The position numbers were made by a program, and so were the translations under genes. Below the pieces are notes generated by a model that saw only the letters and a program-made list of their open reading frames with translations, searched no databases and had not been told where the DNA came from. This document shows, one piece after another, positions 1 through 10,014 of a DNA stretch of 64,000 bases (position 1 is its first letter; every line of letters starts with the position of its first letter). Origin of the DNA: Bacillota bacterium (GTDB lineage Bacteria > Bacillota > Ch66 > Ch109). The DNA is taken from NCBI GenBank assembly GCA_050952625.1, contig JBMNLH010000003.1, positions 64,001 to 128,000 of the forward strand, read 5' to 3'.

Positions 1-586
1 AGTCTTGATGGATTTCCCGCTGATTGACCAGACTTTTTTTATGAGAATGGACATACTCAATCGGATCCTCCAGGGTTAAGATATGATGACGAGACTCCTG
101 GTTGATCAGGTCAATCATCGAAGCCAGTGTAGTTGACTTACCACTCCCGGTCGGCCCGGTCACCAGCACCATGCCCCGGGGCCGGCGAGCCAAATCAGCC
201 AGGATTTCCGGCAAGCCTAATTGTTGAAAGGATAGAATTTGGGAATTGATCAATCGTAAGACCAAGGCCACGGTGCCTCTTTGCTGGAAAGCATTGACCC
301 GAAAACGGCCTATTCCTTCAAGCTCATAAGAGAAATCTATTTCTCCTTTAGCGGCAAACTCCTTGTACCGGTCCTCAGGTATGATCTGCCGGGCCAAATG
401 CTCGGTAAGCTCCGGGGTCATCTTTTCCAGGTAAGAAGGATTGATCTGCAGCGTCTCTTGCCATTCCGGGGCGTCTAAAGGCAGCAACGCTCCGTGCCGG
501 CGGAAAGCCGGGGCACTTCCAACCGAGATATGAACATCCGATACCCCTAATTCAAAAGCCTTTTGCAGGATAACCCGGGCATCCAT
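1..586 (-). CDS. pilT: Type IV pilus retraction/twitching ATPase PilT (3' end runs off the window)
   Basis: Not in ORF track. Hand translation from ATG 586 (AGGAG RBS upstream): MDARVILQKAFELGVSDVHISVG...GRFRVNAFQQRG...GMVLVTGPTGSGKSTTLASMIDLIN...HILTLEDPIEYVHSHKKSLVNQREI. Confidence 0.93.
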   Translation of the reverse strand, partial: MDARVILQKAFELGVSDVHISVGSAPAFRRHGALLPLDAPEWQETLQINPSYLEKMTPELTEHLARQIIPEDRYKEFAAKGEIDFSYELEGIGRFRVNAFQQRGTVALVLRLINSQILSFQQLGLPEILADLARRPRGMVLVTGPTGSGKSTTLASMIDLINQESRHHILTLEDPIEYVHSHKKSLVNQREIHQD

Positions 587-663
587 AATATACAGCTCCT
601 TTAGCTGCTTGAGTAAAACAAACAGTATTATCTGCTAAATAAGTATTATTATTAGCTTATTAG

Positions 664-2115
664 TCATGCAAGTTCAGCAACGTATAACACATCCGGTTCT
701 GGCATATAAACCCAGTGGCCGCGGCCGATCTCCATATCCGGTATTGGCTCATCGGACCCAGGGATATACGTCCAAGGTTCCGGATTCGCGTCATCAGGGT
801 CATCAGGATTGAAATTGGGACAGGGACAGGTTACCTGGTTATACTTGCCTTCAATGCTTCGCAATACCTGATCCAATTTCACAAAACCATCTGCGCTATC
901 TTCGTTGTAAACTACAGGGCCCACCAGGTTCCAGCCAGCATCGAGATCCCGGATGTAAGGGCCACTTGGCAAACCGGATGATTGGAAACAGGCAATACTA
1001 CTTTCTACAAGTTTTACATAAATTGCTTTCAACGGTTCTAGTTGGAATTCCGGGTCTGAGCTTGGACCTTCGTCTTCGTCAACATACCACTTACCATCAT
1101 CGCCTTCATATATCTGTTTCCATTTGCCTTTATCGTAGGTTAAGGCTATCTGAATGCAAGAATAAGCATCAAAGATGACATCGTTTAAAGCAGCTAATTG
1201 CAAGTCAAAGGGAGCGGAAATGATGTTCCAGCCGATTCCAAGTTCTATTTCCCACTCGACGGTTTCAGCGATAACATTTATAAGCCTCTCAGCCTCCATT
1301 GGACCGCTGAATGGTGTTTCGTTGGCTGTGGCTAACACTATCTTCGCCCCCTCGCACATAGGCTGGTAATAAAAATCGCTGCTCGCATAGCCACTCTTAA
1401 TAAAAATACAGTTGCAATCATCTAGTTCTTCTAAATCAGAATCGTAAAATTTGCCGGGAAATTCTTCTATAAGATAACCAAGCTCATCCGTTTCCATTAG
1501 ACTCACAATTACCTCCCCATCTTCCGGAACATTAAAGGGTTTGCCTTGGCCATCCACTAGTTCTACGGTCAACTTTTCCAGCAATCCAACCTTACAGGTA
1601 AGTTCGTTCGGCGTAATCCTTAATTCCGGGGGCGTCACGTTAACTGCGAACTGAATACTCCCGGGATCTTTGCTGGTCCACACATCAGCAAAAGTGTAGC
1701 AATCGGGAGATGATGGATTCTTGATATAAGAAATGTTGATTATCACTTGTTCATTAGCATCAACAGCCTCGGGAACCTCTATCTCAAAAAAACCTGTCTC
1801 CCGCTCAGTTACCGTTAGTGGTGATGCTAAGTTACTCCAGGTAAACTTAGCCGAATCAATCTGGCTAGAGAAGAATGGGGATGAGCTAAAATCTAAATAA
1901 ACTATGTCAGATACCGTTAGATCATGGTTGGTCTTAAATTCAAGGCAATAAGTTGTAGTCACACAAACAGTTGAATTGTCAGTGGTAACCAGAACACCAC
2001 CACCACTTCCTCCACTACCGGATGACACCAATTCCGCGTCTGCGGGCAATCCGAAGGTCAAGACCAAGAGCACGGTTAAAATAAATAACCACAGCTTTTT
2101 TTGCATCTGCTCCAT
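664..2115 (-). CDS. Secreted acidic, Cys-containing surface/S-layer-like protein with two L-x-x-GWN(I/L) repeats
   Basis: N-terminal signal peptide, Gly/Ser linker, beta-rich D/E-rich body, motifs ELGIGWNIIS and DLDAGWNLVG. Confidence 0.75.
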   Translation of the reverse strand: MEQMQKKLWLFILTVLLVLTFGLPADAELVSSGSGGSGGGVLVTTDNSTVCVTTTYCLEFKTNHDLTVSDIVYLDFSSSPFFSSQIDSAKFTWSNLASPLTVTERETGFFEIEVPEAVDANEQVIINISYIKNPSSPDCYTFADVWTSKDPGSIQFAVNVTPPELRITPNELTCKVGLLEKLTVELVDGQGKPFNVPEDGEVIVSLMETDELGYLIEEFPGKFYDSDLEELDDCNCIFIKSGYASSDFYYQPMCEGAKIVLATANETPFSGPMEAERLINVIAETVEWEIELGIGWNIISAPFDLQLAALNDVIFDAYSCIQIALTYDKGKWKQIYEGDDGKWYVDEDEGPSSDPEFQLEPLKAIYVKLVESSIACFQSSGLPSGPYIRDLDAGWNLVGPVVYNEDSADGFVKLDQVLRSIEGKYNQVTCPCPNFNPDDPDDANPEPWTYIPGSDEPIPDMEIGRGHWVYMPEPDVLYVAELA

Positions 2116-2201
2116 CCCCCTTGTTATAAAAGCGTTTATGTTGAAGATTGATAAAAACTGTTTTTTGATTCTCTATAAATCCCTAATAATTAATTGTTCA
2201 T

Positions 2202-5200
2202 CTAACTTGCGGTTCCAACCTGAAGATTCAACTCCTGGATCGCTCCTGGTTGAAATTCCGTTTCATACGCTTTTTCATCCACTTCTTCACCATAGACAAC
2301 CCAGAACTCAATGGTCGCTCCTGGTTCGATGTTGCCAGCAGCACCTACAATCAGTTTCGGTCCGCCATACTCTGGATAACCAAACTTACCTCCCTCGTTT
2401 ACTGTGATTTTACCAACAACCTCAGACTCAGAACCCTTTACCACCTTGGCAATGATTGCGGTCCCTTCAGAAGCAGGCTGCCCATTAATCGAGACTGTCC
2501 CGTAAAACGCAGCGGGCAGAACCGGTATAGGTAAATTAATAACTGTTTGCATAATAACTGGTTCTAAGTTGTTGTCTGTATCAGGTTCGATCTCAATATT
2601 GGGAGATGTTGCCTCATGATATCCTGGTTTTGTAAAAGTAAGGGTGTAGCCGTCATCTGCCAGAACATCCTCAAAAACGAATTCCCCCGTATCAGTAGTT
2701 GTTACTTCTTGAACCAGGACATCATTTTTGGACAGGGATACCGTCACCCCGGCCAGACCTTGACCAGCCTCATCCTGGACCCTACCAACCAATTTACCTT
2801 TACCAACTGTGTATACAAACGTTACGATGGCACTGCTTCGCATCCCCGGTTTGGCGGCAAAGGCCTTAATTGTCAGGCCGCTTTCTGGCACTGTTGGTTC
2901 GCCGCCAGCAGCAAATTGAGGACTATTAACTGTCGGGTCATTCCCATCAGTGGTATAGTAAATTATCGCGCCTGGTGTAGCTGTACTCAAGTTAATAGCT
3001 GAGCCGAGCTTGACCGAGCCTGGTACCGGATCGGCAGTCGGTGCCTCCACTAAACCATCAAATACACCGAAAATTGACAAATGATAAACTGTAGCCTCAA
3101 CAACTCCGTTACCAACTTGCGAATCCTGGTATTCCCAATTCCCGTTTTTTTCATTGAAGTAGAAAATCGCTATCCTACTTTCATCTGTTTCCTTATTATA
3201 GGGTAATGTTATTTTTACTCCTTGGCTAAAGTCTATATTTCCCTCATAAGTGATATCAATAACCATTCCGGCTACTCTTAGCCCGGAGCCTTCAATGTCG
3301 GGATTATTCACTTTTTTAACAGTTACCGTTGCATCCGGGGGAATATTTATACTTCTAAAATCAAGCCTTATCCCACCGTCAAAGGCCAGTGGTACATTTT
3401 GTGCAATTGGCACGGCCACGCCCAAAGGTGCTTCAACCACCAACTCAAAGATTACATTTTGGTTATATCCACTTACTGTACCTTCGTATTTATATACGCC
3501 CGCCTTACTTAAGTCGACAGTCGGAGTATTCCAAGATACTGCTACCGGCTGGGTTGCTCCATTACTCATCTGGGCGTCAACTGTTGCCGGTAGTTGATAC
3601 AAGCTTCCGGCACTATCTTGAGACACTACTGCTTTTTGTTCGCTAATGGAAACTATGGTCGGCGGCGGGCTATCACCCCCACCACCACCGCCTCCTCCTT
3701 GAGAAGGGGTTGAGGGTGGTGAAGAGGTTGAAGCAGCGGCTTGACTTAAAGCTTCACTAACTTTATCGGACTGGGTGCCAGGCTCCTCATTATTTTCTTC
3801 TTCACTTGATGTTTCCCCCGTTTCCGGAGTGTTATCAGGTGCTGCTGGCGCATTATTATCAATGTTATTCGCAGTCCGGTTGGCCCAATCTTGCACCTCA
3901 GGTTGTGTCCAATTCTGATAATCCTGGGCCTGCATCGTATCAGTGGTTATTTCCCCCTTCGAATCAATCACTGCTTTTTGCCCAGCCTGAATCATGGCCT
4001 GCTCACCGTCAGACGTCAATATAGCCGAACCGGTCAACAGGTCGACTCCTGATTCACCGCTGTCGCCAACATAAGCGTGGCAGAAGGTTCCTCTAATACC
4101 GCATACCCCCCAGGGCATGTTGACCTCGACCCGTACTTTCTGCTCCCGAGGTTTCTTCCACCAGGGCAGTTCCTGTTTATCTTCCGCCATCCTGACATTC
4201 ACTGACGGATACTCGACATCTATGTGGCTAGAGGCAAGGCGGGCACTGGACTGCACCTGAGGTTGAGGTTTAACAACCGTTGTCCCTTCTGCGGGTGCTG
4301 GTTCTTCCCCATGCGCAGCCAAACCCCCGAAGATTTCCCCTCGCTTGAGATCAATCCCCAGGAGATCAACCGCGGTCCCCGCTTGACCACTCTTTTTGAT
4401 ATACTTTACACCCTGGGTTTTTGTGATTACCAGTTGAGTATTAGGTTCAATTCTCAGGGCAGTACCGTCATCAAAGGTTACCTCCGCTGCACTGTTGGCT
4501 TCGGTCATAATAGTATCGCCAACCTTCAACGTCACTTGTTTAGTGACGGTCTGAAAACTGGCCTCAGACTCCGACTTCAGCTTAACAGTTCCTTTAACTG
4601 GTTTCAGGGCCCCAGCCAGAGTGGCCGCTTGATATTCTGGTGCCAAAACCATCATCAGGGCAAAAGCGCGCGCAACCGCGGCCCGACTCAAAGCAGCATC
4701 CGGGGCGAAATGAGTGTTATCGGCCCGGCTTATTAACCCAGCATCCAGGGCCGCACTAATCTGTGGGGCAGCCCAATGGTCCGTCGAGACATCCGCTAAC
4801 GGGGGTAAGGCTACTGCCGGCAATTCGCTTTTCGACAACCTGAGGGCCAAGGCAATTCCCTCCGCCCGGGAGATGGGTTGTTCTAGCCGAAAGGTGCCAT
4901 CTGGGTAACCCTGGAGATAACCAGCTTTGACCGCAGTGCCGATGGCCGCAAAGGCCCAGTGATCCGCAGATACGTCACTAAAGCCGCTTTCCGTAACTTC
5001 TGCCAAATTCAAACCAAGCACTTTCACTAATAAAAAAGCGGCTTGGGCTCGGGTAACCCCTTCTTGGGGATGGTAGGTCCCATCCGGAAAACCGGAAATT
5101 ATCTTTTGATTAGCCAGATAGTTGATATAGGCATAGTTCGGGTTATCTTCAGTTACATCGGCAAACAGCCCTGTTTCAGCGGCTTGAGCCTGATTATTAT

Positions 5201-5297
5201 TGAAATCAGCCAGCATGAACTGAAGCATCAGAAAAGCCAGGGTCAGGGTTAAGCATATAATTTTGGTCAAACCAGACCTATATATAAACATAAACAC
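2202..5297 (-). CDS. SLH-anchored FecR-domain multidomain surface protein (3xSLH, FecR-like, low-complexity linker, Ig-like, Fn3-associated, carboxypeptidase-regulatory-like)
   Basis: Signal peptide; SLH repeats (ISGFPDGTYHPQEGVTRAQ, GYPDGTFRLEQPISRAE); FecR-like motifs GDTIMT..NS.AEVTFDDGT.LRIEPNTQL and CGIRGT; IYYTTDGNDPT; GRVQDEAGQGLAGVTV. Confidence 0.85.
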   Translation of the reverse strand: MFMFIYRSGLTKIICLTLTLAFLMLQFMLADFNNNQAQAAETGLFADVTEDNPNYAYINYLANQKIISGFPDGTYHPQEGVTRAQAAFLLVKVLGLNLAEVTESGFSDVSADHWAFAAIGTAVKAGYLQGYPDGTFRLEQPISRAEGIALALRLSKSELPAVALPPLADVSTDHWAAPQISAALDAGLISRADNTHFAPDAALSRAAVARAFALMMVLAPEYQAATLAGALKPVKGTVKLKSESEASFQTVTKQVTLKVGDTIMTEANSAAEVTFDDGTALRIEPNTQLVITKTQGVKYIKKSGQAGTAVDLLGIDLKRGEIFGGLAAHGEEPAPAEGTTVVKPQPQVQSSARLASSHIDVEYPSVNVRMAEDKQELPWWKKPREQKVRVEVNMPWGVCGIRGTFCHAYVGDSGESGVDLLTGSAILTSDGEQAMIQAGQKAVIDSKGEITTDTMQAQDYQNWTQPEVQDWANRTANNIDNNAPAAPDNTPETGETSSEEENNEEPGTQSDKVSEALSQAAASTSSPPSTPSQGGGGGGGGDSPPPTIVSISEQKAVVSQDSAGSLYQLPATVDAQMSNGATQPVAVSWNTPTVDLSKAGVYKYEGTVSGYNQNVIFELVVEAPLGVAVPIAQNVPLAFDGGIRLDFRSINIPPDATVTVKKVNNPDIEGSGLRVAGMVIDITYEGNIDFSQGVKITLPYNKETDESRIAIFYFNEKNGNWEYQDSQVGNGVVEATVYHLSIFGVFDGLVEAPTADPVPGSVKLGSAINLSTATPGAIIYYTTDGNDPTVNSPQFAAGGEPTVPESGLTIKAFAAKPGMRSSAIVTFVYTVGKGKLVGRVQDEAGQGLAGVTVSLSKNDVLVQEVTTTDTGEFVFEDVLADDGYTLTFTKPGYHEATSPNIEIEPDTDNNLEPVIMQTVINLPIPVLPAAFYGTVSINGQPASEGTAIIAKVVKGSESEVVGKITVNEGGKFGYPEYGGPKLIVGAAGNIEPGATIEFWVVYGEEVDEKAYETEFQPGAIQELNLQVGTAS

Positions 5298-5387
5298 GTA
5301 TAGATCAGCCTCCTCTTGTAAAACTAGAGCCAGAATTATATAAGAACTAGGATTACATAAAACAATAACTCCGTTAACCTGATAAGC

Positions 5388-5421
5388 CTAGGCCACATAT
5401 TAAGCAAAAAATGTGGCCTAG
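5388..5421. other. 11-bp perfect inverted repeat (hairpin or operator) between the cyclase and FecR-SLH genes
   Basis: CTAGGCCACAT-N12-ATGTGGCCTAG. Confidence 0.6.
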
Positions 5422-5463
5422 ACTTGGCGCACGAACAGTTAACCTGCCCCTATGTCCCTTTAT

Positions 5464-5519
5464 CCTCGCGCCTCACGCCTCACACCTCACACCTCACACC
5501 TCACACCTCACACCTCGCC
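5464..5519. repeat. Heptamer tandem repeat, 8 units (5 perfect CCTCACA)
   Basis: cctcgcg cctcacg (cctcaca)x5 cctcgcc; overlaps the cyclase stop codon at 5508-5510. Confidence 0.9.
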
Positions 5520-7370
5520 TCTAATCGTATAAATAGCGATTGGTTCGGTGAAACCTCGCACCGGTACCTGGCCTAGCTCCTCAAACTGCCAGGGTATTTT
5601 CACCCCACTCTCGGTTAAACTCTTTAAAGTTCGATCACTGAGGATTAACTGGGTGCCGTGTTCTTTGTTTAAACTTTCCAATCGGGAAGCCAGATTCACA
5701 TCCTCGCCGATCACAGTATAATCGGTCCGTTCCTGGCTGCCGACATTACCCACGACTACCGGTCCGCTGCTTAAACCGATCCCGATATTAAATAGGTGCT
5801 CACCCCGCGCTTCCCACATCTTATTTAGTTCTACCAGTTGCTCTCGCATTTCCTGCGAAGCGGCAATTGCCTTAGCAGCGTGATCTGCCTGCTGGACCGG
5901 GGCCCCGAAAACCGCCATCATGCCGTCACCCATGTATTTGTCGATCATGCCGCCGTGCTTAAAAACAATGGCGGTCATTACGGAAAGGTATTCATTTAAT
6001 CGGCTAACTACCTCTTCTGGGGCTCTAGCCTCACTGTAAGAGGTAAAGCCACGAATATCCGAAAACAGGATAGTGACTTCCTGCCGCTTCCCCCCCAGTT
6101 CCACCAACTCGGGGTGATTGGTCAGTTCTTCAACCACCGCTGGTGAAACATAACGGCCAAACAAAGCGCGGGTTTTCCGGCGTTCCATTTCCGCGGCCAG
6201 GTAACTCTCAGCCGTGACCGCTGTATAGGTAGCAATAGTGAGGGCTAACGGCGCGGCACAATTCAGCCACAGATGTTTATACAGCCACAGGCCATAAACC
6301 AAACCACCAATCGCCACAATCATAATAGAAACAACGGCCAGCCCGGCCCAGGGGCCGCGGCGCAAGGTCAAAACAGTGGTAATCAGCCACACCAGCAGTA
6401 GAAAAAGCAAGTTAGTCCCGGTTGTTACGCGCTGAAAATAGCACCCCTCCAGAAAGGTCTGTAAACAGGACGCGTGAATCTCTACCCCGGGAGTAGGCAG
6501 AGCGTTATCCAGCACCAAATTCCCTCGAGTATAGGGAGTTTGCTGGTAGTCGTGCTCCAGAACAGAGGTCGGACCGATTAAACAAATCCGATCCCGCAAC
6601 ATGGCTGGGTCAACCCGGCCAAACAAAACATCGCTGTATTCATAAGTCGGAAAAGTGCCGGCTGGTCCCCAGAAATCAGACAAGGCCTGGTATTGTGCGT
6701 CTACGGGAATTAGTTTATTATTAATTTGCAACTGCTTCGGATTGGGTTGGGAAATGGCCTCAGGATCCAGGCCATTTGCCACTAAGGCGGTAGCTAAATG
6801 AAAAGAAGGCATAAACTGCTCTGGAAAATCAGTCAAGGGAAAAGCTACTGTAGTATGCCGCACCACGTTATCCGGATCGACCGGCATATTAATATAGCCA
6901 ACCCCGGCTGCCCCGATCAAAAAATCCTCGACCGGCATTTTAATGTTCATACTAGGTCCTTGTTCCGGGTTATCTCCGGCCGCTTCAAAGGTTAGGGCAT
7001 ATCCCAAAACCACCCGGCCGTGATCATAAATGGCTTGGGCTAAAGCCCGGTCCTCGTCTGGTTGCCCCGGGATATCGAAATCCACGTCAAAGGCCACCGC
7101 GCGGGCTTCCCGCAACTGTTCTAACAGGGCGGCGTGGGTTGAACGCGGCCAAGCGAGGGGGCCCAACTCACTAATGGATTTCTCGCCCATCCCAATAATT
7201 ACGATTTGATCTCCCGGGTCCTTGGCCCCAGAGAGCCTGAACCAGGTATCATACACTGAAGATTCAACGCGTTCCCAGAGCTGAAAGTAGGCACTAACCA
7301 AAAAAAGCACCAGCAGCAGGCAAGGAACGAAAAATCTTTTTAATTTAAGCATCATAATAAATCCTTCCAA
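5508..7370 (-). CDS. CHASE2-domain class III adenylate/guanylate cyclase
   Basis: N-terminal TM; CHASE2 motifs (WPRS.HA.LL, D.DNVVR, PGVEIHA); 3 TM; cyclase motifs ILFSDIRGFT, DKYMGDGMMAVFGAP, YTVIGEDVNLASRLES. Confidence 0.95.
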   Translation of the reverse strand: MEGFIMMLKLKRFFVPCLLLVLFLVSAYFQLWERVESSVYDTWFRLSGAKDPGDQIVIIGMGEKSISELGPLAWPRSTHAALLEQLREARAVAFDVDFDIPGQPDEDRALAQAIYDHGRVVLGYALTFEAAGDNPEQGPSMNIKMPVEDFLIGAAGVGYINMPVDPDNVVRHTTVAFPLTDFPEQFMPSFHLATALVANGLDPEAISQPNPKQLQINNKLIPVDAQYQALSDFWGPAGTFPTYEYSDVLFGRVDPAMLRDRICLIGPTSVLEHDYQQTPYTRGNLVLDNALPTPGVEIHASCLQTFLEGCYFQRVTTGTNLLFLLLVWLITTVLTLRRGPWAGLAVVSIMIVAIGGLVYGLWLYKHLWLNCAAPLALTIATYTAVTAESYLAAEMERRKTRALFGRYVSPAVVEELTNHPELVELGGKRQEVTILFSDIRGFTSYSEARAPEEVVSRLNEYLSVMTAIVFKHGGMIDKYMGDGMMAVFGAPVQQADHAAKAIAASQEMREQLVELNKMWEARGEHLFNIGIGLSSGPVVVGNVGSQERTDYTVIGEDVNLASRLESLNKEHGTQLILSDRTLKSLTESGVKIPWQFEELGQVPVRGFTEPIAIYTIRGEV

Positions 7371-7392
7371 TAAAATTTACTCTCAGAAAATA

Positions 7393-7420
7393 ATTCTACT
7401 TTTTCCTACAGAATCCTCCT
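7393..7420 (-). promoter_or_regulatory. SigH-like promoter for the cyclase gene
   Basis: Minus strand AGGA-N17-GAAT, matching the Bacillus sigmaH consensus spacing. Confidence 0.5.
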
Positions 7421-7690
7421 ATAACCTTAATTTAGTTATTAAATAATCTAATCTTTATAATAAATCCCAAATTTAAAAGTTATATACTGTTTATTGAACC
7501 ACTCGGCCTATCAATAAGATAATAAAATTCATATTGACCGCACGATATGAACACTATTTTCTTATCAGTCTCAATAATCAATCTCGATAACACAATGACC
7601 TTCCAGCCCGAGCACCAGTTGCCTTTTTCGCGATTCTAGTCTATAAATAAGAGAAAGATAAAAGAGAAAAGAACCCAAGGAGGTTAATAA

Positions 7691-9187
7691 ATGCTTTATG
7701 AAAGTACCCGGGGGAAAGCGCAGCCGGTAAGTGCGGCCGAAGCGATTAAAATGGGAATTGCCCCGGACGGCGGTTTATTTGTACCTTGTCAACAGATAAA
7801 ATTTACCCCCGGCCAATTAGCCCACCTGGTTGGCTTGAGCTATCAGGAACAGGCTTTGGCGATACTCAGTCTGTTCTTAACTGATTTCACCAAATTAGAA
7901 CTTCAGGAATGCGTTAATGGGGCTTACCACGCGGACAAGTTTGACCATCCCCACATTGCCCCGTTGTTTAAGCTTAACGACTCGATTCACTTTTTAGAAC
8001 TATGGCACGGGCCAACCTGTGCCTTTAAAGATATGGCGTTGCAGCTGCTGCCCCGGCTGCTAACCACCAGCATGAAAAAAACCGGCGAAGCAGCAGAAAT
8101 AGTTATTCTGGTAGCTACCTCCGGGGATACTGGAAAAGCAGCCCTCGAAGGGTTTAAAGATGTGGCCGGGACTAAAATTATTGTCTTTTACCCGGATCAG
8201 GGGGTTAGCGAGGTTCAAAAAAGGCAGATGGTTACTCAGGACGGAAATAACGTCGCTGTTGTTGCCGTAGTAGGTAATTTTGACGATGCGCAAAACGGAG
8301 TTAAGAACATTTTTGGCGACCTGGAGTTTAACCGAGAACTGGAAACAAAAAAAATTAAGCTTTCCTCGGCTAATTCTATTAACTGGGGACGACTGGTTCC
8401 GCAAATTATTTACTATGTTTATGCTTATACTGAACTAATGAAGCAAAATGCTCTATCACCTGGTGAAAAAATCAATGTCGTGGTACCGACCGGCAATTTC
8501 GGCAACATCTTGGCTGCTTTCTATGCTCGACAAATGGGGTTACCGATTAACCGGTTGATCTGTGCGGCTAATACTAATAAAGTGCTGACAGATTTTATCC
8601 GAACCGGGGTTTATGACCGCAACCGGTCATTTAACAAAACCATCTCCCCTTCAATGGATATCCTGATCTCCAGCAATCTGGAACGTTTGTTGTACGAATT
8701 AACCGACCACGATGCCCAGCGAATTCAGACCTGGATGAATGAATTAAAAGAAACCGGGCGTTATCAAATTGATGATAACCTGCACCGGTCGATTCAGGAA
8801 GTCTTTTGGTCCGATTACGCGACGGATACCGAGACTCTGACGACCATCCAGGAGACCTACTCTCAAGCCAACTATGTCCTGGATACCCACACGGCAGTTG
8901 GTAAAAACGTTTATGATAAGTATGTAGCAGCAACCGGGGATCAAACAAAAACGGTGATTGCCTCTACTGCCAGTCCCTTTAAATTCAGCAGCAGCGTCGC
9001 TCAAGCCATTCTGGGATTGGACGCCACGCTAAACCAGAACGAGTTTGCCTTGCTCGAATTACTGGCTGACGCCTGTCAGCTTCCGATTCCCAAAGGTCTC
9101 CATGGCCTAAGTCAAAAACCAATTCGCCACACCATTCGGACCGGGTCTAATGAGATGATTAATACTGTTAGAGACATCCTATTTTAA
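7691..9187 (+). CDS. thrC: Threonine synthase
   Basis: YESTRG, GIAPDGGLFVP, LELWHGPTCAFKD (PLP lysine), VATSGDTG, SANSINWGRL, VPTGNFGN. Confidence 0.96.
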   Translation: MLYESTRGKAQPVSAAEAIKMGIAPDGGLFVPCQQIKFTPGQLAHLVGLSYQEQALAILSLFLTDFTKLELQECVNGAYHADKFDHPHIAPLFKLNDSIHFLELWHGPTCAFKDMALQLLPRLLTTSMKKTGEAAEIVILVATSGDTGKAALEGFKDVAGTKIIVFYPDQGVSEVQKRQMVTQDGNNVAVVAVVGNFDDAQNGVKNIFGDLEFNRELETKKIKLSSANSINWGRLVPQIIYYVYAYTELMKQNALSPGEKINVVVPTGNFGNILAAFYARQMGLPINRLICAANTNKVLTDFIRTGVYDRNRSFNKTISPSMDILISSNLERLLYELTDHDAQRIQTWMNELKETGRYQIDDNLHRSIQEVFWSDYATDTETLTTIQETYSQANYVLDTHTAVGKNVYDKYVAATGDQTKTVIASTASPFKFSSSVAQAILGLDATLNQNEFALLELLADACQLPIPKGLHGLSQKPIRHTIRTGSNEMINTVRDILF

Positions 9188-9296
9188 TAAATTAAGCGGC
9201 TCCAATCTGTACTTATTTTTAAATGAAAACCGCCAATCACTAACCCGCGTTAAACATTGCGCAATTATGATTTTGCTTGATCTGATACCTGCTTGT

Positions 9297-9929
9297 TTAC
9301 TCAAACACTGTCATGCGGAATTCTTCTAGATCCGTAACAATCAAACAATTTTTCGGATTAATCTTTAAGAGGTTACTATTTAAAAAATCCTGCACCATCC
9401 TGGTAGCTGTTTCACGGGCCACCCCGGCATAGGCTGCCAGGTCCTGGTGGGTAATCCGCAGATTAATCAAGATACCTTCATCCGTATTTCTGCCAAATTT
9501 CTCAGCTAAATCAAGAATGGCTTTCCCGACCCGTTGGCGGGCTGTTTTACAAACTTGAAACAATAATTGCTGATTAGTTTGCCGCAAACGCTCAACTAAG
9601 ATTTGAATAATGCGAAAAGCAATTGAAGGATTTTCTTTAATTTGCGTAGCAAATAACGTTCGATTAAGCACCAGAACTTGGCTCTTTTCCAGGGCTTGAG
9701 CAGTAGCCGAACGAGGTTTTTCGTCAATTATAGACATTTCGCCCAGGAAATCTCCCGGACCAAGCAGGGCAAGTATATTTTCCCGGCCGCTAGAAGTAAG
9801 AATAAATACTTTGATTGCCCCTTCGAGGATATAATAGATATTATCACCCGGATCACCCTCAAGGAAAAGGATTCTCCCTTTTTCGATCGTCTTTTTTGTC
9901 CAAAGGTTTTCATCAAAGCAAGAATCCAT
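9297..9929 (-). CDS. Crp/Fnr-family transcriptional regulator with cNMP-binding domain
   Basis: GDFLGEMSIIDEKPRSATA phosphate-binding cassette; C-terminal HTH THQDLAAYAGVARETATR (Crp-type RE motif). Confidence 0.93.
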   Translation of the reverse strand: MDSCFDENLWTKKTIEKGRILFLEGDPGDNIYYILEGAIKVFILTSSGRENILALLGPGDFLGEMSIIDEKPRSATAQALEKSQVLVLNRTLFATQIKENPSIAFRIIQILVERLRQTNQQLLFQVCKTARQRVGKAILDLAEKFGRNTDEGILINLRITHQDLAAYAGVARETATRMVQDFLNSNLLKINPKNCLIVTDLEEFRMTVFE

Positions 9930-9986
9930 CTTACCCCACCCCGTCTCTATATATACTAATCCAAATTAGATTAATATTAGGATTAT

Positions 9987-10014
9987 ATTCGACATTCTTA
10001 ATTAAACCTCCTGC
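9987..10014 (-). promoter_or_regulatory. SigH-like promoter for the crp-family gene
   Basis: Minus strand GCAGGA-N18-GAAT (gcaggaggtttaattaagaatgtcgaat). Confidence 0.6.

Noticed and set aside
281-478. 65-aa plus-strand ORF (and the many other short antisense/overlapping ORFs in the track)
   Set aside because: Shadow of pilT on the opposite strand. The similar shadow ORFs within long genes lack RBSs and motifs.
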